DNA of 64,000 nucleotides from an uncultured Prevotella sp. (GCA_905234265.1 CAJOHJ010000011.1:12635-76634), one strand, 5' to 3'; positions 16,371-25,517 are shown, counted from the stretch's first letter. The notes: a model not told the origin generated them from the letters alone. A program made the numbers and translations.

Positions 16371-17606
16371 TTAAGCCTTTACTATTTTGAACAGCTTGTC
16401 GCTTGGCCGCACCTTTTCGGGCACGCGGATGCTGACGCGAGTGCCTTGCTGGGCAGTCTGAACGGAGGAGGTGTCGTCGTGGATTTCGTCGACGGTGACG
16501 TAAAGCGCGCCGGTCGTGGGGCCGGTGATGAGCATCTTGTCGCCTACGGCGAACGTGTCGGCCTCGACGGTGAACTCGGCAACGCCAAGGCGCGAGAAAT
16601 ACTTCACACCCTTGCCGATGTACTGCTTCCTTTCCGTGGCGTTGGAGCCATAGTTGTTGTTCCATTCGCCTAAGAGCTGTCCCTGATAGTAGCCGTCCCA
16701 GAAGCCGCGGTTGAAGACTGTGGCCAGCTGCTGGTCCCACTGGTCCTTGCGCTCGTCGGTGAACGTGCCGTTGAGCACGCTCTCGATGGCTTCGCGGTAG
16801 CACCTGACAACCGTCAGCACGTATTCCGGCCCACGCGCACGCCCCTCAATCTTGAACACTCTGACGCCGGCATCCATCAGACGGTCGATGAAGCGTATGG
16901 TCTTCAGGTCCTTGGGCGACATGATGTACTTGTTGTCTATCTCCAATTCCGTTCCGGTCTCGCGGTCGGTGACTATGTATGAGCGCCTGCAGATCTGCAT
17001 GCACGCTCCGCGGTTGGCAGAACGCCCGGTGTTGTCAAGGCTCATGTAGCACTTTCCGCTGACGGCCATGCACAGTGCACCGTGACAGAACATCTCGATG
17101 CGCACCAGCTGGCCTGACGGGCCGGTGATGTGCTGCTCCTCAATCTGCCTGTAGATGTCGGCAACCTGCTCAATCCGGAGTTCACGGGCCAGCACCACCA
17201 CGTCGGCAAACTGTGCATAGAAGCGCAGCGCCTCGATGTTCGATATGTTCAGCTGCGTCGACAGGTGTACCTCCATGCCTTTCTGCCGGCAGTATGTCAT
17301 CACTGCTATGTCGCATGCTATCACCGCCGAGATACGTGCCTCTGTGGCGGCATCGATGATGCTGTGCATGGTGTCGATGTCTTCACCGTAGATGATGGTG
17401 TTCACCGTGAGGTACGACTTCACGCCATTGTCGTGGCACACCTGTGCGATGTCGCGCAGGTCGCTGATGGTGAAGTGGTTTGCCGAGTGCGACCGCATGT
17501 TCAGCTGCTCAACGCCGAAGTAGACGCTGTCTGCTCCGGCCTTGATGGCTGCTGCCAGCGAGTCGCGGCTGCCTACGGGGGCCATTATTTCGTACTGTGT
17601 TGCCAT
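16371..17606 (-). CDS. Peptidase U32 family protein
   Basis: U32 signature IEMFCHGALCMAVSGKCYMS. Start chosen at MATQYEIMAPVGS. Confidence 0.85.
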   Translation of the reverse strand: MATQYEIMAPVGSRDSLAAAIKAGADSVYFGVEQLNMRSHSANHFTISDLRDIAQVCHDNGVKSYLTVNTIIYGEDIDTMHSIIDAATEARISAVIACDIAVMTYCRQKGMEVHLSTQLNISNIEALRFYAQFADVVVLARELRIEQVADIYRQIEEQHITGPSGQLVRIEMFCHGALCMAVSGKCYMSLDNTGRSANRGACMQICRRSYIVTDRETGTELEIDNKYIMSPKDLKTIRFIDRLMDAGVRVFKIEGRARGPEYVLTVVRCYREAIESVLNGTFTDERKDQWDQQLATVFNRGFWDGYYQGQLLGEWNNNYGSNATERKQYIGKGVKYFSRLGVAEFTVEADTFAVGDKMLITGPTTGALYVTVDEIHDDTSSVQTAQQGTRVSIRVPEKVRPSDKLFKIVKA

Positions 17607-17636
17607 GTTTTGTCGTTTTTTCCGTGCGGCTGCATG

Positions 17637-17644
17637 CAAAGGTA
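17637..17644 (-). promoter_or_regulatory. -7 box TACCTTTG for the U32...gldH transcript
   Basis: Plus strand CAAAGGTA lies 31 nt upstream of the ATG at 17606. Confidence 0.5.
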
Positions 17645-17765
17645 GCACAAATAAGTGCGTAAAGGGAATTCACCAATTAAATAATATAAAAAATTAACAT
17701 TTTCGGAAACTTGGAAGTGTGTATAAAAAGCTAAGAATTCTTTTGGCTGTTTTCGTGCTTCTTTG

Positions 17766-17773
17766 TACCTTTG
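17766..17773 (+). promoter_or_regulatory. -7 box TACCTTTG for rpoN
   Basis: TAnnTTTG match 38 nt upstream of the GTG at 17811. Confidence 0.5.
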
Positions 17774-17810
17774 CAAAGTGTTTCTAAAGAGCATTTTCTA
17801 ACTTATAGCC

Positions 17811-19337
17811 GTGGCACAGGAACAAATACAGGAGCAGCAGCTCACACAGCAGCAGCGTCTTACGCAGGCCATCACCCAGCAGCAGCTGTTGCAGGCGCAA
17901 CTGGTTGAATTGCCCGTGGCGCAGCTGGCAGAGCGCATAAATGCAGAGATGGACGACAACCCTGCGCTGGAGGTTTCTGCCGACGACTATGACGGAGCCG
18001 CCTCTGGCTCCGATGCCGGCAACGCTGGTTCTGATGCTGCCGACTCTGCTTCCGACACTTCCGATGCTGCCGACGACTATGAGCGCGAAGAGCGCCAGTC
18101 GGCCCTTGACGAGGCCTTGCAGGGCATTGGCCGCGACGACGAGGAGCTGCCTGTCTACAACAGTCAGGGCCACAGCGTCGACGAAGAGCGTGAGGAAATG
18201 GTCTATGGCGACACGCAGTCGTTCTACGACCAGCTTCGCGAGCAGGTAAGCATGGTTCACCTTACTGCCCAGGAGCAGACCATCATGGAATATCTTATCG
18301 GCTCGCTGGACGACGACGGTCTGTTGCGGAAGTCGCTCGATGCAATAAGCGACGAGCTGGCTATCTATCATAACTGCGACGTCTCAGTCGGCGAGATAGA
18401 GTCCGTACTGCTGAAGTTGCAGCAGTTCGACCCTGCCGGAATCGGCGCACGCTCGCTGCAGGAGTGCCTTCTGCTGCAGATAGCACGCCGCGAGCCGTCG
18501 CCGCTGCAGGCGCTCATGGAGACCGTTGTCACCAAGTACTTCGACATGTTTACCAAGAAGCACTGGGACCAGCTGCGCCGCTCACTGCAGATTGGCGAGA
18601 TGCAGATGGACCAGCTGCTCAGCGAGCTGCGCCACCTCAATCCGCGACCGGGGGCTTCGCTTGGCGAAACCGTGGGCCGCTCGCTGCAGCACATCACTCC
18701 CGACTTCATAGTCGACACCCACGACGACGGCACCGTCACCTTCACACTGAACATGGGCGACATTCCAGAGCTTCACGTCTCGCGGTCGTTTGCAGAAACC
18801 CTCAAGGAGTATCAGAACAACCGCGACTCCATGAGTCCGCAGATGAAGGAGGCGCTGCTCTACACCAAGCGCAAGGTAGATGCAGCCCAGGGCTTCATCG
18901 ACGCCGTCCGCATGCGCCGCAACACGCTGTCCAGCACCATGCGCGCCGTCATCAAGTGGCAGCACCGCTTCTTCGAAGAGGGCGACGAGGCCCTGTTGCG
19001 CCCCATGAAGCTCAAGGACATTGCAGAGAAGACGGGCTTCGACCTCAGCACCATTTCCCGTGTGTCGAAATCGAAGTACGCTCAGACACGCTGGGGTACC
19101 TTTCCGCTGCGCTACTTCTTCAGCGACGGCTATAAGACCGACAGCGGCGAAGAGCTGTCGACACGTCAGATAAAGGCCGCCCTGCGCGACATCATAGACA
19201 CCGAGGACAAGCAGAAGCCTCTTAGCGACGATGCCCTCACGCGGCTGATGGCCTCGCGGGGCTATCCGATAGCGCGGCGTACGGTGGCCAAGTACCGCGA
19301 GCAGATGGGCATTCCCGTTGCCAGGCTCAGGCGTTAG
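17811..19337 (+). CDS. rpoN: RNA polymerase sigma-54 factor (GTG start)
   Basis: Gln-rich region I, an acidic linker, and the C-terminal RpoN box ARRTVAKYR. Confidence 0.95.
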   Translation: MAQEQIQEQQLTQQQRLTQAITQQQLLQAQLVELPVAQLAERINAEMDDNPALEVSADDYDGAASGSDAGNAGSDAADSASDTSDAADDYEREERQSALDEALQGIGRDDEELPVYNSQGHSVDEEREEMVYGDTQSFYDQLREQVSMVHLTAQEQTIMEYLIGSLDDDGLLRKSLDAISDELAIYHNCDVSVGEIESVLLKLQQFDPAGIGARSLQECLLLQIARREPSPLQALMETVVTKYFDMFTKKHWDQLRRSLQIGEMQMDQLLSELRHLNPRPGASLGETVGRSLQHITPDFIVDTHDDGTVTFTLNMGDIPELHVSRSFAETLKEYQNNRDSMSPQMKEALLYTKRKVDAAQGFIDAVRMRRNTLSSTMRAVIKWQHRFFEEGDEALLRPMKLKDIAEKTGFDLSTISRVSKSKYAQTRWGTFPLRYFFSDGYKTDSGEELSTRQIKAALRDIIDTEDKQKPLSDDALTRLMASRGYPIARRTVAKYREQMGIPVARLRR

Positions 19338-19392
19338 CGTAAGGTGCCGCCGGCAGGCATGGCGGCACGGTTACAACACAAGACAGACAGCA

Positions 19393-20013
19393 ATGAAGCG
19401 ACAGAAACAGATAATTTTAGCAGCCCGCGTGGTGAGTACGGTGTTCACACCGTTCTATCTTCCCATGCTCGGCCTGATAGTGATGTTCCTGTTCAGCTAT
19501 CTCAACCGTTATCCGTGGGTCTACAAGCTTCAGGTGCTTGCCGTGGCCTATCTCTTCACCGTCGTGCTGCCTCCGGTGCTGATAGGTCTCTACCGCCGCT
19601 ATCAGGGATGGACGCCCATAGAGCTTGGGCAGCGCGAGCGCCGCATGGTGCCTTATATCATCAGTATTCTGTGCTATTTCGTCTGCGTCTACGACATGCA
19701 GCAGATGCACATGCCCCACTTCATGGGTTCCATCATCATGGCCGCCCTTGCGGTGCAGATAGTCTGTGCCGCCATCAACGTCTGGTGGAAAATCAGCACC
19801 CACACTGCTGGTATCGGCGGCGTGGGCGGCGCATTGTTCATATTTTCCGAGCTGCTCTATTTCAATCCCGTCTGGTGGATGTGCCTTGTCATTGCCATCG
19901 GCGGACTGGTAGGCACCAGCCGCATGATACTGCGCCAGCACTCCCTGTCGCAGGTGGTGGCAGGCTTCTGCGTGGGCTTCGTGGCCTCGGCAGCGGCAAT
20001 ACTCTTTCTTTGA
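19393..20013 (+). CDS. PAP2 superfamily membrane protein
   Basis: Polytopic, with STHTAG and SRMILRQHSLSQV resembling PAP2 motifs C2 and C3. Start chosen at MKRQKQ. Confidence 0.55.
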   Translation: MKRQKQIILAARVVSTVFTPFYLPMLGLIVMFLFSYLNRYPWVYKLQVLAVAYLFTVVLPPVLIGLYRRYQGWTPIELGQRERRMVPYIISILCYFVCVYDMQQMHMPHFMGSIIMAALAVQIVCAAINVWWKISTHTAGIGGVGGALFIFSELLYFNPVWWMCLVIAIGGLVGTSRMILRQHSLSQVVAGFCVGFVASAAAILFL

Positions 20014-20046
20014 AATCAATATCAAACAATAAAAAGCAACACAACA

Positions 20047-20553
20047 ATGACCCCATTAGTAAGCATTATCATGGGCAGCACCAGCGACTTGCCCATCATG
20101 GAGAAAGCCTGCCAGCTGCTGGACCAGCTGCAGATACCCTTTGAAGTCAACGCCCTGTCTGCGCACCGCACGCCGGCGGCCGTTGAGCAGTTTGCCACCA
20201 CGGCCAGCGCACGCGGTCTGAAGGTCATCATAGCCGCCGCAGGCATGGCCGCCGCCCTGCCGGGAGTTATTGCCGCCCAGACCACGCTGCCCGTCATCGG
20301 AGTGCCCATCAAGGGCATGCTCGACGGACTTGACGCCATGCTGAGCATCATCCAGATGCCGCCGGGCATTCCCGTGGCAACGGTGGGCGTCAACGGAGCG
20401 CAGAATGCCGCCCTGCTGGCCGCCGAGATGCTTGCCATTGGCGACGAGGCCATTGCCCAGCGCGTGGCCGACTACAAGGGCAGCCTGAAGGACAAGATAG
20501 AGAAGGCCAACCGCGAACTGGCCGGAGTTAAATACCAGTTTAAGACCAATTAG
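20047..20553 (+). CDS. purE: PurE-like N5-CAIR mutase
   Basis: IIMGSTSD, SAHRTP and IIQMPPGIPVATV motifs. See the finding about the atypical AAGMAAALPG segment. Confidence 0.8.
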   Translation: MTPLVSIIMGSTSDLPIMEKACQLLDQLQIPFEVNALSAHRTPAAVEQFATTASARGLKVIIAAAGMAAALPGVIAAQTTLPVIGVPIKGMLDGLDAMLSIIQMPPGIPVATVGVNGAQNAALLAAEMLAIGDEAIAQRVADYKGSLKDKIEKANRELAGVKYQFKTN

Positions 20554-20566
20554 AATTTGTTTTGCG

Positions 20567-21946
20567 ATGACCGCTTACAAGAGAAGACAGACCATCACGG
20601 TGCATGTGGGCGACACCACCATTGGCAGCAGCAGCCCGATACGCATCCAGTCGATGGGTACCGTAGACACCAACGACACTGAGGGCTGTGTGGCACAGGC
20701 AAAGAGAATCATCGATGCCGGCGGCGAGCTGGTGCGCTTCACCACGCAGGGTACCCGCGAGGCTGAGAACATGAAGAACATCTCCAGGCACCTGAAGGCC
20801 GACGGATACAACCAGCCATTAGTGGCCGACGTGCATTTCACGGCACACGTGGCCGACGTGGCGGCGCAGTACTGCGAGAAGGTGCGCATCAACCCCGGCA
20901 ACTATGTAGACCCAGGCCGCACGTTCAAGCATCTGGAGTATACCGACGAGGAGTACGCTGCCGAGCTGCAGAAGATAGAGCAGAAGCTCGTCCCCTTTAT
21001 TAATATATGTAAGGAGCATCACACCGCTGTCCGCATAGGCGTCAACCACGGCTCGCTCAGCGACCGCATCATGTCGCGCTACGGCGACACGCCGGCCGGC
21101 ATCGTGGAGAGCTGCATGGAGTTCCTGCGCATCTTCCGCCGCGAGCAGTTCGACGACGTCGTCATCAGCATCAAGGCGTCGAACACCGTCGTCATGGTGA
21201 CTACCGTCCGCCTGCTCGTAGAGACCATGGACCGCGAGGACATGCACTATCCGCTGCACCTCGGCGTCACCGAGGCCGGCGAGGGCGAAGACGGGCGCAT
21301 CAAGTCGGCAGTGGGCATCGGCGCACTGCTGACGGAAGGCATCGGCGACACCATACGCGTGTCGCTCTCCGAAGAGCCGGAGTGCGAAATTCCCGTGGCC
21401 AGGAAGCTGGTGGAGCTTATTCCCGAATGCACCGCTCTGCGCCAGAAGGCCGAGGCCGGCATTAAGGACGACACCATCACGCTCGACATCGACGCCCCCG
21501 ACTGGGAGACCCTGCAGCTGAAGGCTGCCATGGCCGTGGGCGCACTGCTGATAGACCGCAAGGCCACGAAGCTGGAAATCAACACCCAACACCCATCACC
21601 CAACACCCAACACCTGGCAGACGCCATACTGCAGGCGGCGCGCATCAAGTTCACCAAGACGGAATACATCTCATGCCCCGGCTGCGGTCGCACGCTCTAC
21701 AACCTGCAAGACACCATCCGCCGCATAAAGGCCGCCACCAGCGACCTCGTGGGGCTGAAGATAGGCATCATGGGCTGCATTGTCAACGGCCCGGGCGAAA
21801 TGGCCGATGCCGACTATGGATATGTGGGTGCAGGCCGTGGCAAGATTTCGCTCTACCGACAGAAGGAGTGCGTGGCAAAGAATATCCCCGAGGAGGAAGC
21901 CGTCGACCGCCTGCTGGAACTCATCCGCCAGTGCGAGGGAAAATAG
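20567..21946 (+). CDS. ispG: 4-hydroxy-3-methylbut-2-enyl diphosphate synthase
   Basis: TIM-barrel part (IRIQSM, RINPGN) and the Fe-S part (ISCPGCGRT, GCIVNGPGE), joined by an insert of about 90 aa. Confidence 0.9.
   Translation: MTAYKRRQTITVHVGDTTIGSSSPIRIQSMGTVDTNDTEGCVAQAKRIIDAGGELVRFTTQGTREAENMKNISRHLKADGYNQPLVADVHFTAHVADVAAQYCEKVRINPGNYVDPGRTFKHLEYTDEEYAAELQKIEQKLVPFINICKEHHTAVRIGVNHGSLSDRIMSRYGDTPAGIVESCMEFLRIFRREQFDDVVISIKASNTVVMVTTVRLLVETMDREDMHYPLHLGVTEAGEGEDGRIKSAVGIGALLTEGIGDTIRVSLSEEPECEIPVARKLVELIPECTALRQKAEAGIKDDTITLDIDAPDWETLQLKAAMAVGALLIDRKATKLEINTQHPSPNTQHLADAILQAARIKFTKTEYISCPGCGRTLYNLQDTIRRIKAATSDLVGLKIGIMGCIVNGPGEMADADYGYVGAGRGKISLYRQKECVAKNIPEEEAVDRLLELIRQCEGK
21581..21615 (+). 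repeat. 7-bp microsatellite (AACACCC)x5 inside the ispG coding sequence
   Basis: AACACCC AACACCC ATCACCC AACACCC AACACCT, which encodes NTQHPSPNTQH. Confidence 0.95.
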
Positions 21947-21950
21947 GTCG

Positions 21951-22086
21951 CTGAATTATCTCTGCGAGTTACGGAATTATCTCTGTGAGTTACGAAATTA
22001 TCTTACGGAGATAATTTTTTATCTCTGCATGTTACAAAAATATCTCTCAGAGATAACTGTCAGTCTCTGGGAGATATTCCATTTAC
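21951..22086 (-). repeat. 21-bp-phased repeat array, copy C (6 units, progressively degenerate)
   Basis: Units at 21961, 21982, 22003, 22024, 22045 and 22066, between the convergent ispG and lysozyme-like genes. Confidence 0.85.
21995..22020 (+). terminator. Terminator-like hairpin inside repeat copy C (for ispG)
   Basis: AAATTATCT-TACGG-AGATAATTT followed by TTT. The stem is AT-rich. Confidence 0.4.
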
Positions 22087-22107
22087 ATTGATGGCGTGTC
22101 AGGCATT

Positions 22108-22557
22108 TCACTTCATGCGCCTCATGACACGTTCATAGTACTTCTGCGTAGCACGCTTCGAGTAGTTCATGCCACCATTCCATGAGCGGATGGCCTGCTC
22201 TACATTGTTGTGCGGATTGTAGAACGACTGGTACAACAGAAACATTTCCTTCGATTTGTCAGGGCTGAAACGGTCGTCCATTGTGTAGCGTCTGCTGCTT
22301 CCACGCAGCTTGAGTATGCGGTTGCACTCTTTCACGAGTATCGGCGTTATCTGCATGATGCCACACGATTTTCCGCTCTTGTCAACAGCTCTTGCATTGC
22401 CTTCGCTCTCTACGGATATGATTGCATTGATCACCGGAGTCCAGTCGAATGCAGAGCGTTCAGTCTTCTTGTTTTCCTTCGTCCCGGCAAAGACATTTGT
22501 GGGGGCAAAGGCTGCCATTATGCCTATCAGGCATACTGTCTTGATAATGGTTTTCAT
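22108..22557 (-). CDS. Lysozyme-like / lytic transglycosylase domain protein, secreted
   Basis: Signal peptide MKTIIKTVCLIGIMAAFA and SVESEGNARAV...GIMQI, resembling the SLT catalytic Glu motif. A -7 box inside the longer ORF supports the shorter start. Confidence 0.6.
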   Translation of the reverse strand: MKTIIKTVCLIGIMAAFAPTNVFAGTKENKKTERSAFDWTPVINAIISVESEGNARAVDKSGKSCGIMQITPILVKECNRILKLRGSSRRYTMDDRFSPDKSKEMFLLYQSFYNPHNNVEQAIRSWNGGMNYSKRATQKYYERVMRRMK

Positions 22558-22628
22558 AGGGTTATCCTTTTCGAAGCACAGCCGTCTCACCACGAGACAT
22601 TCAGTCGCCATGCTATTGTTATCGCGCA

Positions 22629-22636
22629 CAAAGGTA
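22629..22636 (-). promoter_or_regulatory. -7 box TACCTTTG for the lysozyme-like gene
   Basis: Plus strand CAAAGGTA lies about 72 nt upstream of the ATG at 22557. Confidence 0.4.
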
Positions 22637-22862
22637 AGCACTATTTTATTTACTGCCAAAGGTTTCTGCATTTTATAACATTGATTACCAATTAATTAAC
22701 ATAAGTCAAGAGCGGATTTAACTATTTTTGTGATTTTACTTTTCACTCTTCCGGCAGTCTTAATAACAGAAAGCGATGCAGAAAAACAATGAGCTCACAA
22801 GATGAATGTATCGGAAAGCGAACAAAAATCAGATTATTAACTCTAACACACAAACAATACCT

Positions 22863-23414
22863 ATGAAAACAATTTTTTCAACAGCACTCGTTGCCATGAT
22901 GATGGCACTCTGCACAACCAGCGCAAGCGCACAAGACTCACAGACACGCAAGCAGAGGCCGACTCCCGAACAGCGTTCCGAGGCTCAGGCTCGCAGGATA
23001 GCCTCGCAGCTGGCACTCGACGACGCCACCACCGGCAAGTTCGTCGACGCCTGGAAGCAATATCAGTCGGAGCTGCAGGCTCTCAGGCCGCAGAAGGCTA
23101 AGAAGCAGGACGGCCAGCAGGCACAGCAGCAGCCGCGCCAGCACCAGCAGCTCACCGAGCAGCAGGCTGAGCAGATTCTGAAAGCCCGCATAGAGAACGG
23201 ACAGAAGGTTCAGCAGATTCGCGAGAAGTATTACAAGACCTTCAGCAAGTTCCTCACCCAGAAGCAGATACTTCGCATCTCGCAGATGCAGCAGAAGGGA
23301 AAGAAAGGCTTCGGCAAGAAGGGCAAGGGCATGCGCAAAGGCCACCAGGCAAAGAAAGGCCGTCAGCACCGCGGCAAGGGAAAGACCCAGAGGCAGCAGC
23401 GCAGCAATGCATGA
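22863..23414 (+). CDS. Secreted Gln/Lys-rich protein with LTxxQ motifs (Spy/CpxP-like)
   Basis: Signal peptide, LTEQQAEQI and LTQKQILRI motifs, and a strongly basic C-terminal tail. Confidence 0.4.
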   Translation: MKTIFSTALVAMMMALCTTSASAQDSQTRKQRPTPEQRSEAQARRIASQLALDDATTGKFVDAWKQYQSELQALRPQKAKKQDGQQAQQQPRQHQQLTEQQAEQILKARIENGQKVQQIREKYYKTFSKFLTQKQILRISQMQQKGKKGFGKKGKGMRKGHQAKKGRQHRGKGKTQRQQRSNA

Positions 23415-23489
23415 CAGGGATGACGCCATAGCGAACGGAAAAACATTAACCTTATATATATGCGCTACGGGCAACCGTACATCCAAAGA

Positions 23490-23530
23490 GAAATCCCCCG
23501 AAGGTCAGCAGCTGACCGACGGGGGATTTC
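23490..23530. terminator. Bidirectional terminator hairpin between convergent genes
   Basis: GAAATCCCCCGAAGGTCAG-CAG-CTGACCGACGGGGGATTTC forms a 19-bp stem with one 2-nt internal mismatch. Confidence 0.75.
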
Positions 23531-23567
23531 CGTTAATGGTACACTGGGCTTTCGCCCTCAGCAGTGT

Positions 23568-24176
23568 TTAGAAGAAATAGGCAAGGGAGACCTGCCAGGA
23601 ATTGGCCTTGGCGCTGCCGACAACCTGCTTGGCGGTGCCTACGACGTTCTTTATCTCGCCAGTCTTGCCGAGGGCGAAGTTGTAGTTAATCTTTGCCTGG
23701 AGCTTGCTCAGTATGGTAGCACCCACACCGATGTTGGCGCTGGCGTTGCTGCTCTTCAGAGTCCACTCGCTGGCGCCGAAATCCTTGCCGCCACCGACGT
23801 TGAAGCCGAACTGAGGACCGATAAATGCGAACACTTCTGCCAGCGAGCCGAGGCCGATGCCGTAACGGACATTGATGGGAACCTGGATCGACTGTGACTT
23901 GATGGTTTCGTCAGTGCCGTCAATCTTGGCACTGCGCTGGTCGTAGACGGCAGAGGCGTCCAGTCCGAGGCCGATGATGGGGAGGGTGAACTTAACCGTC
24001 GGGCCGACGAAGAAGTCGGTGCGGCTCTTGGCGGCTGCGGTAACCTGATTGACCATCTCGCTCTTTGTTGACACGTTCGACATGTTCAGACCGGCTGTGA
24101 TACCGAACTTAATCTGTGCCTGCGATGGGGTTGCCATTGCAACAACCAATGCGATAACGGTAAGAATTTTCTTCAT
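23568..24176 (-). CDS. Outer-membrane beta-barrel (porin family / OmpA-like barrel) protein
   Basis: Signal peptide MKKILTVIALVVAMATPSQAQ, alternating beta-strand pattern, and C-terminal LAYFF. Confidence 0.6.
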   Translation of the reverse strand: MKKILTVIALVVAMATPSQAQIKFGITAGLNMSNVSTKSEMVNQVTAAAKSRTDFFVGPTVKFTLPIIGLGLDASAVYDQRSAKIDGTDETIKSQSIQVPINVRYGIGLGSLAEVFAFIGPQFGFNVGGGKDFGASEWTLKSSNASANIGVGATILSKLQAKINYNFALGKTGEIKNVVGTAKQVVGSAKANSWQVSLAYFF

Positions 24177-24217
24177 AATCGTTTCTGTTTTTAAGGGTTT
24201 GTAATGTATTTCCGCGG

Positions 24218-24225
24218 CAAAAGTA
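24218..24225 (-). promoter_or_regulatory. -7 box TACTTTTG for the beta-barrel gene
   Basis: Plus strand CAAAAGTA lies about 42 nt upstream of the ATG at 24176. Confidence 0.45.
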
Positions 24226-24296
24226 AACATTTTCCGCGAAATTCAAAACAAATATCGCTTTTTTCGTCTATTTTTCAGCAGTTTGCTACACAATTC

Positions 24297-25427
24297 CTAA
24301 TGTCTCTGCCGGCGGACGCTGACACGGCTGCCTGAACTGGACGACGAACTTGAGCGCTTGGTGCGCTTGGCGCGTGCTGCCGGCTGTTCGGCAGGCTGGG
24401 CTGCCTCCTGGCTCTCGCCTTGTGCTGCTTCAGCCTGCTTCTTGGCTTTCTTGGCCTTGCGGGCCTCCTTCTTGCTCTGCGGCTGCGCAATGCTGTCGGT
24501 GCGGATGGTGTCCCTGCGCTTGGCCTGCCCGAAGAGGTTGTGCTCAAAGGCGCGCAGCTCCTCCTCTATGCGCAGCTGCTCCTTGCGGAGGGCTGAGTCG
24601 GTAGGGCAGTATTGTGCCAGAGTGCGCCCGAGCATGTTGTTGGTCTTGTAGATCTTGCCTTCGTAGCGGTTCAGCGTGAAGAAGTCTTCCATAGACATCG
24701 TGGCGGCGTTGTTAAGGTTCGACGTCATCACCGTCTGGCGGCTGAGATACGGCTCCAAGTCGCTGTATCTGACCCAGAAAAGCGGATATTTGGAAGCCTC
24801 ACCGCCGAAGTCGTCCTCGCGGAGCATTACCGGACAGAGGGCAAGCACCTTCCGGCGGAACGAAGAGTTGGCCTGGTCGTAGTAGGCCGACTCCTTGAGG
24901 TAGTAGAGCTTCACCTCGGCAGAGGGGATGTCGCTGTTGTCGACGCGCACCTTGCCGTTCCGCTCCTCATAGAAGATGTGGTAGTTGTCAAGTATGGTCT
25001 TCATCTTCACCTTGGCGGAGTCGTTGAAGACTTCATTGCCGTCGAGACGGTATTCGTAGACGGGAATGTAGCCGTTCAGCGCCAGCTTGAAGATATAGGT
25101 GAAGAGGTTCAGCTGCTTGTCGATGGGTTCCACGGGATAGTAAAGGCCGGCGTTGCTGTCCTGATTGAGGTCTATCTCACGGTAGATGTCGCGGCGCCAC
25201 ACCACGTCCTCGGGCATGTCCAGTGCGGTGGGGAACATCAGACGCGCACGCATGGTGACGCCTTGGTTTTGCGCCTGCTGCTGTGCCTGTTGCGCCTGCT
25301 GCTGGCGACGGGCTTTAGGCTGTGCCACGGCTGATGCTGAAAAGATAAAGAGCAGGAGAAAAAGCCCACCCAAGCCTTCCCAAAGGGAGGGATGTCTGTT
25401 TACCTGTTTTCGCAGTGTCATATCCAT
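24297..25427 (-). CDS. gldN: T9SS ring protein GldN/PorN
   Basis: WRRDIYREIDL...NLFTYIFKLALNGYIPVYEY matches the GldN family. It is the last gene of the porPKLMN order. Confidence 0.85.
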   Translation of the reverse strand: MDMTLRKQVNRHPSLWEGLGGLFLLLFIFSASAVAQPKARRQQQAQQAQQQAQNQGVTMRARLMFPTALDMPEDVVWRRDIYREIDLNQDSNAGLYYPVEPIDKQLNLFTYIFKLALNGYIPVYEYRLDGNEVFNDSAKVKMKTILDNYHIFYEERNGKVRVDNSDIPSAEVKLYYLKESAYYDQANSSFRRKVLALCPVMLREDDFGGEASKYPLFWVRYSDLEPYLSRQTVMTSNLNNAATMSMEDFFTLNRYEGKIYKTNNMLGRTLAQYCPTDSALRKEQLRIEEELRAFEHNLFGQAKRRDTIRTDSIAQPQSKKEARKAKKAKKQAEAAQGESQEAAQPAEQPAARAKRTKRSSSSSSSGSRVSVRRQRH

Positions 25428-25517
25428 TTTTGTATTTTGTCTTAATTATTTCGCATTATAAGTAAATGTCATTTCCAACATTCCTCCCTTGGGGAGGGCT
25501 TGGGTGGGCTTCACTCT

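Noticed and set aside
17607-17810. Search for sigma-54 promoters (TGGCAC-N5-TTGC) in the intergenic regions, given that rpoN is present
   Set aside because: I saw no convincing match by eye in any intergenic gap. The TGGCAC at 17812 is simply the start of the rpoN coding sequence.
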